A DNA stretch of 63,562 nt, filler included, from Octopus bimaculoides (taxonomy: Eukaryota), in the NCBI RefSeq assembly GCF_001194135.2. It is 4 parts of 4 records of this genome, joined end to end, with 100 filler letters (N's around TTAATTAATTAA, not from the genome) between each part and the next. Parts side by side here need not be neighbours in the genome. Positions count along the whole stretch, not along the records: positions 61,876 to 63,562 come from NC_069006.1; 3 more parts are not named here. One strand, 5' to 3'. A model generated the notes under the pieces. The model was not told the origin of the DNA. It made no database searches and saw nothing but the letters and a program-made list of their open reading frames with translations. Below, piece by piece: positions 61,876 to 63,562 of this stretch. Each line of letters begins with the position of its first letter. Position 1 is the stretch's first letter. The position numbers and the translations under genes were made by a program.

Positions 61876-62550
61876 AAACGTTAGCACATTGGGTGAAATG
61901 CTTAGTGGTATTTCGTCTGGCTTTACATTGTGAATTCCGCGAAGGTTAACTTTGTCTTTTATCCTTTCGGGGCCGATAAATTAAGTACCGGTTTTGTACT
62001 GGGGTTGATCTAATTTACTGACTCTCTCCCCCAAAATTTCAGGCCTTGTGCCTAGAGTAGAAAAGAATATATAACTAATTTTAAAGGCAGCAAGCTGGCA
62101 GAATCGTTAGCGGTATTTCGTCTGCCGCTACGTTCTGAGTTCAAATTCCGCTTTCAGGGTCAATTAAATAAGTACCAGTTACGCACTGGGGTCGATGTAA
62201 TTGACTTAATCCCTTTGTCTGTCCTTGTTTGTCCCCTCTATGTTTAGCCCCTTGTGGGCAATAAAGAAATAAGAAACGTTAGCACATTGGGTGAAATGCT
62301 TAGTGGTATTTCGTCTGGCTTTACATTGTGAATTCCGCGAAGGTTAACTTTGTCTTTTATCCTTTCGGGGCCGATAAATTAAGTACCGGTTTTGTACTGG
62401 GGTTGATCTAATTTACTGACTCTCTCCCCCAAAATTTCAGGCCTTGTGCCTAGAATAGAAAAGAATAAATTAAGCACCAGTGAAATACTGGGGTCGATGT
62501 AATCGACCAGTCCCCTCCCCCCAAATTTCTGGCCTTGTGCCGCCAGTAGA
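61876..62550 (+). mobile_element. Head-to-tail array of SINE family B copies
   Basis: Copies at about 61876, 62086, 62274 and 62468; 61876-62056 is identical to 62274-62454. Confidence 0.85.
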
Positions 62551-62938
62551 AAGGATTATTATTATTATTGGCATACGTGTGCACACATGCGTGAGTGTAT
62601 ATGCATGCGTGCGCTTGTGACCTACATATCTGCACCAGCGTAAAGACACATTAACTGCGGTAATTCACTCTGCTAGAGTGACATCATGCTTCTCTAGTGA
62701 TGTGGAAGATGGTGGGGGAGCCAGTCGTGGATGTGTGGATGTACGGATGAATGTGCGTGCAGCAGGTGTGCATGTGGGTGTGTGTGAGTACGAATGTGGG
62801 TGGGTGAATGGGGCGGGTGTGTAGGTGGCTGCATTATTTCTTTGTGTATCGTAATGTGTGTGGGTGTGCATGTGTGTGTGTGGGTGTATAAGAATAAGAG
62901 AATATATAGATACATATGTGTGTGTATATATATATGTA

Positions 62939-62984
<46 letters not shown>

Positions 62985-63301
62985 AATATATGCATGCACA
63001 TCTGTGTATAACAATCCATGTTAGTATCGAAAAAAAAAGACATTAAAAGATATGTGTGTGAGTATATTTATATAGAGATACATTCATACATAGATTTGCA
63101 CACACATATACAGCTATTCCTTTTATACATCACACACACACTCAATGTACATATATTTTACCTATGTATGTATTTCGAAATAGAAAAATATGCGTGTGTG
63201 TGTATGAAATACTGGGGTCAATGTAATCAACTAGTCCCCTCCCTACAAAATACAGGCCTCCTGCCTATAGTAGAAATGATTGTTGTTGTTGTTATTATTA
63301 A

Positions 63302-63562
63302 GGTGGTGAGCTGGCAGAATCGTTAGCATGCCGGGCGAAATGCTTAGCGGTATTTTGCCAGTCGCTACATTCTGAGTTCAAATTCTGCCGAGGTCGACTT
63401 TGCCTTTCATTCTCTCAAGGTCAATAAATTAAGTACCAGTTGCATACTGGGGTTGATCTAATCAACTGGCCCCCTCTCCCAAACTTTCAGGCCTTGTGCC
63501 TAGAGTAGAAAAGAATATATAACTAATTTTAAAGGCAGCAAGCTGGCAGAATCGTTAGCGGT
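63302..63562 (+). mobile_element. SINE family B (intact head) plus start of next copy
   Basis: ggtggtgagctggcagaatcgttagcatgccgggcgaaatgcttagcgg...gagttcaaattctgccgaggtcgac. Confidence 0.88.

Overview
This is AT-rich, gappy, microsatellite-saturated animal (eukaryotic) genomic DNA. The repeat families resemble cephalopod (Octopus-type) SINEs/LINEs; that taxon call is an inference from recognised repeat sequences. The ORF track mostly reports microsatellite and N-gap noise, so genes were assembled by hand from GT-AG exons with matching phases. Three spliced genes are supported. (1) A secreted four-EF-hand protein on + (coding exons 16794-16843, 22100->gap at 22222, 25835-25999, 26991-27052). 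(2) A FoxM-like forkhead factor on + (7 exons, 30974/31067-42474, about 796 aa from the ATG at 31067). (3) A 164-aa myophilin/transgelin-like calponin-homology protein on - (5 exons, 56943-48937), convergent with the Fox gene. The rest is decayed Tc1 and mariner transposons, hAT/piggyBac MITEs, Helitron-like pieces, R4/Dong-type, RTE and Penelope-like retroelement fragments, several SINE families and SSRs. The most interesting signals are: decayed minimal hammerhead-ribozyme motifs, two in Penelope-type ends and two in an apparently tRNA-headed SINE-like repeat; several long fold-back structures (a 1.5-kb inverted repeat, a 118-bp-arm hairpin, nested inverted repeats in a FoxM intron); and a non-canonical residue in the forkhead recognition helix. 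Three gaps contain an artificial TTAATTAATTAA linker, so long-range adjacency across them is only a scaffolding inference. No rRNA, functional tRNA or CRISPR array was found. Repeat boundaries are approximate unless TIR/TSD positions are given.
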